From assembly GCF_963676685.1 (NCBI RefSeq), contig NC_092345.1:78678001-78742000 (forward strand): a stretch of DNA of 64,000 bases. Direction: 5' to 3'. The notes under the pieces were generated by a model, which ran no database searches, was not told the DNA's origin, and saw only the letters and a list, made by a program, of their open reading frames with translations. This DNA comes from Mytilus edulis. Lineage: Eukaryota. A program made the position numbers and the translations under genes. Shown here piece after piece: positions 24,118 to 38,003 of the stretch. The first letter of the stretch is position 1, and each line of letters begins with the position of its first letter.

Positions 24118-26290
24118 TAAGACCTCTTGGGTGAATTATAATCGAAGGAAGATTTCATAAACAGAAAGTTACATTTATGTAAACGTCACGGGGATGTTCA
24201 TAATGCGATTTCGGAACAGATGTATGCTATGGAAATCAAAATTTTCTATGCATGCATTTTTTTCAATCGGTTATTTGTTTTCAGAACAGATGGACGGAGG
24301 AAGAAGGGGAATATCATTTCCATTGACAAATATATATTGAAATAATAAATATGTAAGTAGACGTATAATTGAAATGAAAATACACGATTTTCAATGTCAT
24401 CAATTATGCGAACAGAATCAACAGAATCGTCTTTTCCTGAGTTATAAATAATAAAATAAAGAAAGAAATATGACTGGAAAATTTATTATCGTTTATGCAT
24501 TAAATAAAGAAATCATACATTATAGACATGTAAGATAAAACAGTTAAATCAACAGCTTGGCAAAAAACTAGTTCATAAATATTATGTCTATTATGCATTA
24601 TAAAATTGCTGAACCCAACCGCAATAAATATCAATCTGTCAGACTTTAATCAGTCTTCTAAGATTAATGTACACTTTTATGTGAAAAAACAAAGTCTTAG
24701 ATATCCATCATTAGTTCAAAGCTGCTTCGATCGTTGAAGATCGAAAATCTAAAATTTGAAATATGTGCAAGTTATCATCAGACTTACAAAGGGTAAACAT
24801 AATTTATATTTGAAATTCTGACAGTTGGACAATTTTCAACAACTTTCAAACAATCACACTCAAAACTTCAGGAATTTCTGTTTTATTGAAGAAATATATG
24901 GTCAGTGAAGGATATGTTTGTAGATTTAGAGAAGGTTTTGTTTTGTGAAGATAAAGACGTATTTCATTTTCGTTAATTCATATGGGGGTTCAGCTTTGTA
25001 GTTGTTTTTTTAAACGTCTTTGTCTCATTAAATGGTGTGAATTAATGGTTTCTAGTTGGTTCACTTCTCCAACATACATGTACTATAAGCAAAAATATTA
25101 AGGAAAACAACCTCATATTTCTCTACTGGTGAAATATCTCCAAGAGTAGTCATCAGATCATCATATAGTTCCTCATTCTTATTAATACGAGTTTAGAAAA
25201 TACTCCTCCTCAATTCTACGAAGATAAATAAAGAAATGATTGGGAAACTAGGATAACATCTTTCTCGTGTGACGTTAGGTGGATTTGACTGTTAATTTTA
25301 ACAAATCATATTCGCCCATAAGGTTCTCAATGTATTAAATTGGGAAATTTCGGGGTTGTGCGTTCCTCGTGAAGCTGCACCCAGATACGTGCTTTGAACG
25401 CATCAAATTTAAAAAGTGTTATTTACTTTTAACATAACAACAGTTTTGACTTTTTAGCACTATAAGATCCTCGCTAAATAACCATACTATATAAGCATGA
25501 TAAGGGATACTACTGCAACTGCAACAACTTTTTTGACTTATAACCCACCAATGGAAAAATACTTAAATTTAACTTATTGCAAAATCATATGCATAATATT
25601 CATTAAATCAAAGTCAGTTGGTATTTTGCACATTTGGGTTTGTCTATGTTATATATTTCCTTCTTCCTTTGTTTTGTTTTGTTTTTGTTTGTTTGTTGTC
25701 ATTTATTGATTGTTGGTTTGTTAGTTTGTTTTGTATGTTTGCATTTTTTTTGGGGTCTTTATTTTTATCAATATGAACTTAGTTGATCGTAATGTTTGAA
25801 TAAATCAAGACAAGCATTTTAGTTTTAATTTAAGCATAAATTATCTTATTGTGACTATTCTTATGATGGACAGTATGCATCAGAAATTCTACGTTTAAGA
25901 TTCAATAAATAAGCATTCGGTTCATTAAAAAAATCAATGAGAACGAATATGTTTGTAAGTCAAAGCAAACAATTGAATATAATTGGTGACACTAATACAA
26001 TAATCGATTTAAGAAAAGTTGGTTGATGGACAAGAAATTGCGTTTAGTGTTTAAAATATTAAATCTGAATCTTAATGACTAGAATAGGTTGACATCACAT
26101 GTTGTGGAAGAAATTTTATTAAACGCTTTTTGGTGCTTTAAACTGCATGTTTTACCGCTTCTTACGTTTATTTAATATTATTATAGATTTGTGTCACAAT
26201 TATTGAATTCATAATATAAATGCTACACATATCATTTATTAATACTAAATGCATAAAACAAATTAAAAAATACCATCGAAAATAATGTCG

Positions 26291-26572
26291 TTAAGGGAGC
26301 TACCATTTGATTTTTATGAGGGGGGGGGGGGGGGGGGGGGGGGTTAGGATAAAAAAAAAAATTAAATGCATGACAGGCATTTTTAGTAATAAAAAAGTGG
26401 GAGGAGGACAATTTATGTAAAAAAAAGTTAGGATAAACTGACAAAAAAGATCGGACCTTATAGAGTGAAAGATAAAAAGGCAGGACAGAGATAAAAACTT
26501 TAAAAAAAAAATGCTGGACAAACATTTTCATCCTAGTACCCACCCCAATAAAATCAAATGGTAGCTCCATAA
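26291..26572. mobile_element. MITE (~280 bp) with GGAGCTACCATTTGATTTT terminal inverted repeats, TTAA-type site
   Basis: TTAA-GGGAGCTACCATTTGATTTT ... AAAATCAAATGGTAGCTCC-ATAA; internal poly-G run. Confidence 0.8.
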
Positions 26573-26696
26573 ACATAGGAACAGCATATTAAATGAAAAG
26601 CTAAAACACATACTTAAGAGATGTTTTACATTTAAGATATCCATGATTTTGTAATTAATAAGGGATACACAAATTTAAAGCTTCTCGTTTGCTTGA

Positions 26697-26773
26697 GGAT
26701 CACTGAAGGGACATTAATTGTCGAAATGCGCATCTGGTACATTTAAATTGGTACCGTAAATATTATTATTGAT
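26697..26773 (+). ncRNA. Family 2 hammerhead fragment with core substitution (CUGAAGG)
   Basis: ggatca-CTGAAGG-gaca ttaat tgtc-GAAA-tgcgca-TC-tggtac, followed by the TTGGTACCGTAAAT family-2 tail. Confidence 0.7.
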
Positions 26774-26780
26774 ACAAATG

Positions 26781-29700
26781 TCAAATATTATCATCATCAT
26801 CTGATTCGTTATCACGTGGAGATAAACACTTGGAAAATCTTCTTTCAGATGGTTCCTGAACCAGACGTGGCAAAACTTGTTCGTGATATTTTCCTTTTAC
26901 GTTACCAACAGGTTTATAACATGCCACTACAATCACGCGCTTTCCTTTCACTGTCATACCAAATCCTACTTCCTTTGTGTCCTTCCAGATCAGCTGTGTA
27001 AAATTTCGGCACTCTGAAAGTTTATAAAATCATTATTTTGATGTTATGTTTAATATTACAATAGATGTATGTTTCATAATAATTCGTAATTTTGAGTGAT
27101 TGAAAGCCTCGAAATTTCGAGGCATGGGGCTTCTAATACAACTTTTCAAAAATGCATGGGAAACTTAATGGAAAAAAAATGCTATGAATCGCAAGTTCAT
27201 GATCGTAGCAAAGTATAAGAATTGAATGCTTCTATTTGCAATTTTATTAGGGTATAAAAATGTAAATCGTTGAATTTAGCGAAACACTTAACATACATTG
27301 CTGGCAAATCTTTGAAGATACACTTTACAATTCAATGTATTTTCTTACTTGTCTTGGTTCGATTTGGAGGATCGTTGTCGTAATAACTATATTGCTCTAT
27401 TTCATCATACCAATCTTTTGTCACCTCCTTCCCTGTTTAAAAAGATATAACGTTACATGCATTACATTCGATATACACTGTCACCTATGAAAGTTGAAAA
27501 TAAAAGCAAAAACAGTTGTAATATACTTAGGATGTCATAATGTTGAATAACAGTTATGGACGTTCGCTGCTCTAGTTTTTACCTCTTTTTTTTTTGCCAG
27601 ATATTCGGAAGTCCTCTGGTTTTATCCAGGTAGTGCCATTAAAAAACATTGCTAATTACCCCCTACTTTTCTTTCCATGATTTGATTACATTTAGTTGAA
27701 CATTTCACTTTGAAAATTTTGTTAAATTCTTGTTATTTTTCAGGGTTTTGAAAAAAAAGAAAAGAGGTGCCAATGAAAAATGTACGAAAAATCGAGAAAA
27801 TTTATTTCCAGCCAAATTTAATTTCTTTATTTATATACAAGTGTGGACACAGATGAGTGTGGATATTATGTTTGAATGTTTGACAGTGTTTTATGATAAA
27901 TGTAGTTCTATGATTTTCCTATATGTGTTATTAACTGTGTTGCACGATGACAACCAACCGGAGCATTAGGAATATTGTTTATTTTATATTTAGTTTAGTT
28001 TTTATGTTCAAGACAGGCATGGAAGAGACACTAATTGCATTAGTTACCAAATGATTATGATAGAATATGTTCCACATCTTTGATTTTGGATACATTTTAT
28101 AGCTAGGACAGCAACACATAATAGGTTCAATTTTTCGTGATTTTTTTTAAATTGGGAGATGATATCTGAGAACATGATATAAGGAGCCTGTAATTATGTG
28201 GTTGTCGTTTGTTTATGCGTTACATATTCGTTTTTTCTTAATTTTTTGTACATAAATAAGCCTGTTATTTTTCTCCTTTGAATTGTTTCACATTGTCATT
28301 TTGAGACCTTTTATAGCCGACTATGCTGCATTAGCTTTGCTCATTGTTGAAGGTTGTGTGGCGACCTGTAATTGTTAATTTCTATGTCATTTTGGTTTGT
28401 TGTGGAGAATTGTCTCATTGGCAATCATATCACATCTTTTTTTATATGTATTTGCTAACTATTTGTATGGTTCTATTTATATATACTGAGTTCCAATGAA
28501 AACGCAACACTTGGTTTTTCAAAAATAAAATTTATATTAGAAATCATGATCTTTCAAAATGAATTGTTCTTGAAAATTAACAATTCTAACAATAGATCGA
28601 TATCAAACATAAATGTTTCATTGTCATCTTTCGGGCGCAATAGATAAACGAAACATCCAATGTCGAATCATCAAATCACAGTCCTAACAAAAAACGTACA
28701 ACCCTGTTGTGCAGCGCAATCTCGACAGCGCCGTGGAATTGATCATCCCGGACGTTTAATGTGATCTCGAGGAATGTTATTCCACTTGTCCCGCAAAGCA
28801 AACTCAAGCTGACTTTTTGATATTGGTGGTGGTTTTCATTTATATACTATCAATTCATAGCAGTCTTTTAAAAAGCTTGTTATTTTAAAACAGGGTAGCA
28901 AATATCCTAAAAACTGTTTTGTCTAAAATAGCGTTTGCATTTTTCTGCTTAGAGTTTGTACCAGATTTAGAGTAGCCTTCCAATCATCCAATGAAATTAG
29001 TCTTTATTCATCGTATAACTTCCTGTTTGACATTTCCTACTAAGAGTATATCGTATTGATCAAAAAAGGTAATTTCACCCACAACAAACATGTTACGTAT
29101 GATTATGGTGTTATTTATTATGTGATTATTATTTACAAGAATAAAAAGTACAGGTCTATATGGTGGCTCACCTGGTTTATTCATTGTTACCTTATTTGTA
29201 CCGTTATAATCACATTCATCACACTTATTTACATCATTATTTGAACGAACCTTTGACTTGAATCCTTTCGCAATGTTGAACGTATTAAGTACACAAAGTA
29301 GTCAACAACAACAAATCCAAATTTTTTTCTAGAAAAAATTTCTTTTTAAAATTGTCGAAAAGTCCCAGAGGAGCGGATAAACAAATGATTTTTTCCAGTG
29401 TGTAATAAGAAACGCAGCCACCAAGTAATTAACAAAACATAGTTCAAACTAGCCTAGAGGAAGAATGACTGTTTGTGATAATATAAAGAGTAAGAGAACA
29501 TGCGATGGGTTTAGCTCATTGTTAAAGGCCGTATGGTGAATTGTATCGTTAACTTTAACATCATGTTGTCTCTTGGGGTGAGTTGTGTCATTTGCAATCA
29601 TACCCCAATTTTTATATATGGCACGGCGTTGAGACATAATACGATACTAGAAAACATGCAAAAAGCTGTCGTTGGCTCTTTAAATTTTGATCAGGTGAGC

Positions 29701-30555
29701 AGCAATGTCTTTTTCGTTCAGTATCAATGAAAGTTCAACGACATCTATTCTATTTCGATAACTAAAAAACATTTGGTTTACAGTTGTGTAGACAAGATTA
29801 CCCAAGCAAAAAATAAAGACACATGTTGATAGTAAAAGTTAGGAATTAGATGTAAATCAACCGAACAACGTAGCTATATTTAATTTTAGAAATGTACCAA
29901 CTAAAATTTCGCAACAAAGATTACAATAGAAAATTGATTGTTTATTCAACATCATTGTTATTTCTTTACTGAAGTCCTTGTGTCTGTAATGTCTATATTT
30001 AGATGATAAATATATGTACCTTCAAGACTGAACTAAAATTTCTTTAAATTTCTGCCCTCCTAGCCATGTTAATCATCGACGGCGACGAGTGAGTACAATC
30101 TTTTCATATAACTAATTTATTATTTAGATAAAATGTAGACGTTTAAAATAATTAGGAAAGAGGTCGGTGGAGCATTTGGCAGACCTAATAACTCTATGTT
30201 GTTTTAATTTTGGTACCCAGTACAATGAATGAAGATTCAATTCTCCATTTTTGGTTGAAACTCCAAAGAAGAGTACAGTTCTTTATATCATACCTCCATA
30301 TTCTTTGACGGATGCTGGTAAATTACGTTCTGCTATATTTTCACCAATATGCTCTCCTGAACAGTACATACCACTTCTATGTACTTTTGTTTTAGTCTTT
30401 AAATAAAGTGCATGATTTTGGGCGTACATGCTGAGATCTTTAGAATATTTCAAAGGTGGTGCATTGTGTAGCTTTCTGACTTTGTTATGCGCACGCAGAG
30501 CGATATCTTTCCAGTCATCCTTCTTGATTTCCGGAACACTTGGTTTTCCTCCCAT
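26781..30555 (-). CDS. GAPR-1/GLIPR2-like CAP (SCP/TAPS) protein, paralog A, 3 coding exons, 192 aa
   Basis: Exons 30555-30294, 27432-27349, 27013-26781 (579 nt, GT-AG, phase 1/1). Motifs HNKVRKLH, GENIA, WYDEI, NFTQLIWKDTKEVGFG, VVACYKPVGN; N-terminal MG, no signal peptide. Confidence 0.88.
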
Positions 30556-31564
30556 ATCTCGAAGATGGACTATTAGTCATTACCATTGTGGCTTTTGTGT
30601 AGTCTGTATAAGAAAGTTGATAACATGTCTTTTTACAACCGTTTTTTAAAAGTAATTGCGTGATATTATCAAAAAGATATTTTTTTATCTATCAAAACCG
30701 AAAAAATGAAATGTAGGTAAGATTTTAAAAAAATGAACAAATTCATATATAAGTTCAGAGATTGAAATTTGAAATCATAATTTATTATAGTTCTTATTTT
30801 TGAATGAATTTATACAGTGAATATCGAAAACATTTTGAAAGCTTGCATTCATGTTTGATATTCAACGTTAACATAATGGAAAGTCTTTATAAATTTATAA
30901 ATTGAAAGTTCAACTGTAAATCTGTATATTCTATGAAGAATAATTTGTGCGTCATACACATTAAAAAAAATATTACATTTAAATGTTTCACGAGTATACT
31001 GAAAAATGATAGAAAACAGGAATAAACGTACCTTACACATTACCGGTGAAGCAACAATGTAAACTATAACTATGTAAGGTAAACATTTAGTCGTTTCTAA
31101 TGAAGATTTGGTCAAGGTTTATGTTTTGTCAAAAACAGTCCAAGTGAAACTATTTCGCTTGTTACCTAATCTTCCTATATAGATCAAATATCATTTAAAG
31201 AACAATATATGTAGAGTAATCAATGTTAGAAAGGTTTAATTAGATTAACGTAGATGTACAAATGACGTGTGTGTTTGAAATATGTTTGGTCAGTATACAA
31301 TTTGGTTGTATTTATTTGATAAAATTTACCAAAACAAACCGTTTTTGATCGTACTTTACTTGATTTTCAGTCTTCAAATAATTCTTATAGAACAATTTTG
31401 TATGAAGTTATATTAGAGTTGATTTAAAGTGCAGTATGTAAAATTTATATTTTAAACAACGCTTGTGATCTTATGACATTCGTTCTTTAAATTTGAACAA
31501 ATTATTTACATATGTATTAGTACGTACTATATCCAGGACATAATGTACAAACTTTGAAGAACTC

Positions 31565-31723
31565 ATCTCTAACATCAACCCAACAATGTTACAACTGTAA
31601 ATTTGCTTTCGTAAATTTTTGGTTCTTTCCTCGCCGGGATTCGAACCCATGCTACTGTGATATCGTGACACCAAATCGCCTGCACTGCAACCGTCCCGCT
31701 AGACCACACGACCACCTGGGCTC
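31565..31723 (-). mobile_element. tRNA-derived SINE-like head (Pol III A and B boxes)
   Basis: Minus strand GCCCAGGTGGTCGTGTGGTCTAGCG...GGGTTCGAATCCC; A box 31704-31714, B box 31636-31648. No proper acceptor stem, so not a tRNA gene. Confidence 0.65.
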
Positions 31724-32042
31724 TACAATAATAAAGCTTTCAGTGGTCGTGTGTTACCTTTCCTCGTCAGTTTTAATCTAGCGGCGTACTACAGTACATA
31801 ATATATAAAGCATGAAGATGTTATTGTTACAGATCAGCTAAATTATCTATAGTAAAGGACCCACAAATTAATGTAAGATACAGTCACAGAAAATAATTAT
31901 ACTCATAAGTACGTCTGAGTCAGTGACAACTCTACAACAGATGTATATATATAAACAGGAATCGTTGAGAGATAGCAATGAAACTATGCACATTTATTAT
32001 ATCGAATGTGTTAATACATGTGTACTTATATTTGTACTCCTG

Positions 32043-32829
32043 GGGCCTGGTTTTCGAAAACATCTTATGACTAAGACATGTCTTATGATGGTCTTAGGAC
32101 ATGTCATAGTCGTACGATATGTTTTCGAAAGTGTCCCAAGTTACGATTTGTCATAACTTTTGTCGTAAACTTGAGACCCCTCGCGACATGACTTATGATG
32201 GTCATATGATTGTCAACTAAAATTTTAGTTACTTTTTATGTATAATTTCATGTTCATTGCAATAAAAATATTAGTTGTGTTTCTCAGTTAGCTAAATAGT
32301 AAAGTTGTTTTTTTCTCAACTACGTTAATTAAAATTTCGTTAAGCGGGTACTCGAGGTACCGAATCTAAAAGTTATTCACAGTTAAATAACAATGCATGT
32401 ATGATAATACACGAAAACGTGTATGATAATACACGAAAGCGAAGTTCAAGATTTATTATATATCACAAACTAAATTTAAACAAATTATCAACTCATATTT
32501 CAATTCCTTTTTGTATAAAATTTCATGTTTATTATAATGAAATAAATAAAATATTCGTAAATATTAAGAATGGTAATAATTAATATGTTCATACATTTGT
32601 GTATTGTTTCATTTTCATTTTAATGTTTATCACTTTTTAATCATTATTTAAAATAATAGAACATAATGTTCACTTATGACAGACATAAGAGCATCATAGC
32701 TATGACTCTCTTAAGACAGCTTTGATTTACATCCTATGACATATCATATGATAGTCATAAGATGATCATAAAATATGTCCTAAGATATATCTTATGACAT
32801 ATCTTATGATACTTTCGAAAACCAGGCCA
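32043..32829. mobile_element. MITE (PIF/Harbinger-like) with 16-bp perfect TIR
   Basis: GGCCTGGTTTTCGAAA (32044-32059) and TTTCGAAAACCAGGCC (32813-32828), flanked by CTG/CAG; subterminal TTATGA/TCATAA repeats. Confidence 0.8.
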
Positions 32830-34034
32830 CAGATATTCTGCTGTAAATAAACAATGACAGTTCATTCATGTAGTGCGCCCGAGCTGTGTTCTTTGAAATG
32901 TTCATTAGAAGCTTTTAACACCTTCAAAATCATATTTGAAAACCAAGGTTGCGTAGATAATTTCAGAAATAAATATATAAAGGGATATGGATTGTTTGTA
33001 CACAGCGGTATTAACATAAAATGACTGCAACTTTCTCAGTCAATTTAACTCTGCTGCATTAAATACTAAAGCCATTCAAAAGTATATTCATAATTCAGCT
33101 ATATATCAAATTTCATGCTTAATTACCATTATAGTAAACATTAGCCGACAAAAGCGCCTGAATCAATCTAATGTCAAGATCATAAAAACAAGACATTTTT
33201 TATATGATTCACTTTCATACATATTGTTACATAAATCATATAATAAATCCAACTACATGAGCACTTTATACTTATCATTTACACAAGAGTTATTTACGTT
33301 TAGTCAAACCTAATCTTGGAAAATATTAATAATAAAATAACATCAATATATTTGTTTAGTAAATAAAGTCCGCTTATTTCAATATCAATTTTCCTACGTT
33401 TTAAGAATAATTGAATAGATACATATGACCGGTTGATTATGGAAATTAAATAAGTATTTCTTGTTATTTCAATCTACTTTCGATTAAACAGACACAGAAA
33501 TGGGTAGAGCATTGATTCAAGATAAAAAGACCCAATGCACTATGTTTTCAATCCTTGCTACATTGTTTGCATTGTCATCACTAAAACCGCAATATTTTAC
33601 AGTAGGCACCATCATTTTATATATATTTGTAAATATAATGTTTCTCGTATAAACATAATACTAGCGGTTATGTCTTATCCAACTGTTTTTGTAATGTTGT
33701 TAAAAGAACTTAACACACCATTGGAAATAGACTGCCAGTGGGAAAACAAATAGAGACTTGACCACTTTTCTTGGGTTTAAAATATCCAAAACTTGTAAAA
33801 CATGTCCCAGTGAGTTAAGACGCCGATATGACGTCTCGGTCAACTTATACGTGGCGGTGACTGTTAAACTTATGTATCGTCAATTTAAGCCTCTCTTCCT
33901 CATAACTCCGTTGGAACAGGTTTTTGAAGCAAAAACAACCTCCCGCTAATAAAATCCGTATAGAATGAACACACACGATCGTACCCTATCAATTAAGATA
34001 TGTAAACGCCATAGGAAGGTGCATAGGGTATGTT

Positions 34035-34300
34035 TGTAAGCACTTTTGATATGGTCATAATTAAAAATTAACTGTTTACACAATTTAAAGTTTTTCGAAA
34101 TAATAGGGATTTTCAATTCCAGGAAAAGCTGTATTCAACTAAAACTATCGGAATTTGTTATCTTCAGTGATCTTCAACTGCTTACTTTCTTTTATCCTTT
34201 TAACTTCTTTTGATACAAGCGTCATTGAAGATACCTTTGAAGACGAAAATCGGTTCTGGCTTATACAATTTCAAGTCTGGTATCTGTGGTGAGTTTATTT
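34035..34300 (+). mobile_element. Highly eroded retrozyme family 1 copy
   Basis: gcgtca-TTGAAGA-tacctttgaagac-GAAA-atcggt-TC-tggc, with the CTGGTATCTGTGGTGAGTTTATT tail. Confidence 0.6.
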
Positions 34301-35061
34301 CGTTTCTCAAATAAACGTTTGAAGTGGTCTAACATTGTTTATATTGGGGACCTTTTAGTTTTGGTAGTTTTATTAATCAATCGGATACATGAGTCATGAT
34401 GAGAGCCAAACACTTACTGTACTATTGTAAATATAAAGTCGGGTATGTGTGGTTGAATTGGTGTATTGTATTGTCTAGAATTGAAGATTCCTGTTATCCC
34501 GTTTGTTTACTATCATATTCCGAACGAACGATTTTTCATCAGAACTAAGACGATTGTGAATTGTAGTTATATGGTCTACCATACTGGCAGCGAATTGCAA
34601 TATAACTGATATGTGTGAATGAATCCTGACTCAAGTGTTTGTAACTGGGAAGTTCTAGTCCATCGTTAAATGTTGATGAGTGTGTGCTTTGCTGTGATCA
34701 TGATACATGCTAGATCAAGGATCGCAAATATTTTGCATTAAAGTCGCAGTCGATGAAAGTGTTGGCTTGGTCTATTTGAATGCTACAGCTGTCTGAAGGT
34801 TTTCAGAAAAGTTGTTAAATAGGAAAACCAAAGCAAGCAGATAAAAGAATAGGTAGTTTTCAAGCAATGTTCAAGCTAAGTTCATTTCAATTATTTTTAA
34901 GGTGTATTGTTTCAACAATATCCACTAGTGTAAGCTTTAGTGTCATGATATAAGATACGTTCCTTCTTCATGTCGCCAATGAGAGTCGAGCATTATGATA
35001 CATCTGAAAGATAATTGCAAGTTTATTTAAAGATTAAATTCTCCAACTTGACTTTTGTCTG

Positions 35062-35952
35062 TTGTGTAAAAGAGGGACGAAAGATACCAAAGGGACAGTC
35101 AAACTCATAAATCTAAATCAAACTGACAACGCCATGGCTAAAAATGAAAAAGACAGAAAAACAATAGTGAACATGACACAACATAGAAAACTAAAGAATA
35201 AACAACACGAACCCCACCAAAAACTAGGGGTGATCTCAGGTGCTCCGGAAGGGTAAGCAGATCCTGCTCCACATGTGGCACCCGTCGTGTTGCTTATGTG
35301 ATTACAAAATTTTAATCCGGTAAATAGTCTAATTCGGTAGGTCACATTCATGAAAAGGAAGGGAATTGTAGTTACGACGTAAGGAACATATCCGATATCA
35401 TTTGTGAAACGGTTATTCCATAACGGTCAACCAACTCGTGATGGCGTCCGTAAAATTTACGAAGGGATGATTTCAACTTCACCATTTGGAACTCTTGGTT
35501 TAAAAGCTTTCTTGTGAGCAATAACACTCTATCAAGAAAATCATGATAGGAAATACAAGCACGGGAATATCGTATCAATTGGGAGATATATACCCCGTAT
35601 GCAGGTGCTGCTGGAATGTTGCTACTTAGAAATGGAAAGTTCACAATTGGAAAGCTGAAATCATCTCTTTTGTCGTAAAGTTTTGTTTTCAACCGACCCT
35701 CATTGTCAATTTCTAGATGTAAGTCAAGATATGAAGCCGACTTAACTGTATCTGTAGTATCCTTTATCTCTAGTTCGATGGGATAGATGCATTCCACATA
35801 GTCACAAAATTTTGAATTGTTTAGTGAAAGAACATCATCTATATAGCGGAAAGTAGCGTTAAAGGATATTGCTAACTTCTTATCTTTCTTCCTAAGAAGT
35901 TTCTGCATGAAGTCAGCCTCATAATAATAAAGAAACAAGTCGGCAAGTAGAG
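35062..35952 (-). mobile_element. Penelope-like retroelement, 5'-truncated RT C-terminal half plus 3' region; no endonuclease seen
   Basis: PLLADLFLYYYE (RT motif 4), FRYIDDVL (catalytic YIDD), SYLDL, LYDKRDDF, SNIP..PAYGVYISQLIRY; the ORF stops without a GIY-YIG domain. Confidence 0.85.
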
Positions 35953-38003
35953 GTTTGACTCAATTTCCCATATTTGATATTAACGTATAGTTTACAAAAG
36001 TACAAAAGAAACAATTTACAATCTAGACTAGTTTTTCTTGCAAATTTCAGATTTGAGGCCATCTGATTAAAACTCCAGAGGTCCATCGAAAACTGCCGAT
36101 GGTCATATCATCTAATATAGTATTCCTGAATATCTGAATATACAATATATTGTATCGTTGCAAGTTAAAAAAAACCAATGAACTATGTTTTGTGTCCTTG
36201 CTATATTGTTGGCATAGTTGGTACTAAAACCACAACATTTTACAGTTTGCATCACCATCTTATCTGCAAATATAAGGTTTCTTGTAAAAGTATTAGACTA
36301 TCGGTTACTTCCTATCCAACCTTTTTTTAATGTCGTTAATAGAACTAATCACAGCATTGGGAATATATGTACATTGTCGGAAAATTTAAAAATGTATTTG
36401 TATGAGATTTAGATAGAGGACGAAAAAAGAGGCTCGCCGAGCTTTTCCCATCTTTCGTAGTGAGTTCAAATAAATTTTGTATTATCCGAAATTGTTTTTA
36501 ACGTGCAATTTACCCCCGGTACTTATGCATTAATTGTTTGAATCCAAATCTTTGCCTTTGAATTTTCGAGAAAAAAAATTCGACATATTTGAAACGCGGA
36601 CCACGAAGAGGACCCCAGAATGAACAGTTCCCCAGAGAGAAATATCAATATAACCACTTGATCAACATGTTTCTCGCATGGGAGCAGGTAAATGTAAAAA
36701 TAAAGCAACAACAGTTAGCTAATTGCAGGATAAACACGAATAGACAGACAGACGGACGTGCAATCGTATGATGATGGTTTGTCTAGGTCCGTTTAATTCT
36801 ATCTCAAAGATCAATGATATGGAAATCATCGTATAACATATACTACAATAATTTTTGTGGGCTAAATCAGACAAAGAAATTATTCTTCCTTTTGGCTACC
36901 TTGGTTTACTTTTCAATGTTGACATTCTTTTCTTTCTAATTACAGAGCATGCTTAACCCATGCATCAATAATATCAAGTTAAGGGTTAAGTTAAACGTCA
37001 CATGGATACGGATTCAAATGTATTGAATTATTGACTTGTAATACATTTCTTGAAAATAATACAATAGGAATGCATTCATAAAGGTTATTGTGACCAAATT
37101 GAACAAAAACTACATGTTTACAACGAATTATTATTACAATATTTCGTTCTTAATAATTTTGAAACAAAAAAGTCATTACGTTTTGTCTATGACGTAAATA
37201 AAGCTCTTTTAAGGTTTTTATTATTCTGTATGTTAAACACGTCTCTCATACCCTCTCTTTTTTCGCCCAACGCTTTTTTTGTGCACATAAGAATTGATAA
37301 CTCATTTTGTGCCGAATTTTCAATTATATATAGTATAGTCGGGTTGGAACTATGTTGTGATTTAGGAGCATTCGATGGACATTCTTTTCTTTTTGCTGCT
37401 ACAAGATAGGCTGGGTTTTCTTTCCTTCTTTAATCAAATTTTTGAATTTAAAAACAATGACACATAAATTCATTATTTTATTTAGCAGTCAATTAGCAGC
37501 ATATGAAAGCATTTCCAAAAAAACAATCACCAAGCCTATAATTAATATAATATATATATTACATTTCATTTAACCTTATATAATCTGAAAAGTGAACGCA
37601 CCGTTGGTGATTCTCAATAAATGAAAATCAATGTGTGAATACACCTACTAGTAATTTATCACAATCCAACATCGTACGACTTGTGCACGTTGCATAGTTG
37701 TGTTCGTCGTCTTTAAGTATTCGATCAATAGTTGAATTTCTTCATTCATTTATTTTAACAACTTACATGTATATAGATCTGGTTCAATTTCAGACTTTTC
37801 ATATGGCAATCTTTAACAAATCTCGACAGGGGTTTATGTAAGTTAGATACTGCTGTGGAAGCATTTGACGAAAAGTTCGGGAACCATTTCGATACATGTT
37901 AGTATACTATTCTAGAACAACAAATGTAGTTCAAAACTTCAAAATGCTGATAAGAACCTTTCAAGAAATGAAATTTTATAAATAGTTCTAGAGTTCCTCA
38001 CAG

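Noticed and set aside
26232-26576. Polyproline ORFs
   Set aside because: Artefact of the poly-G tract inside a MITE.
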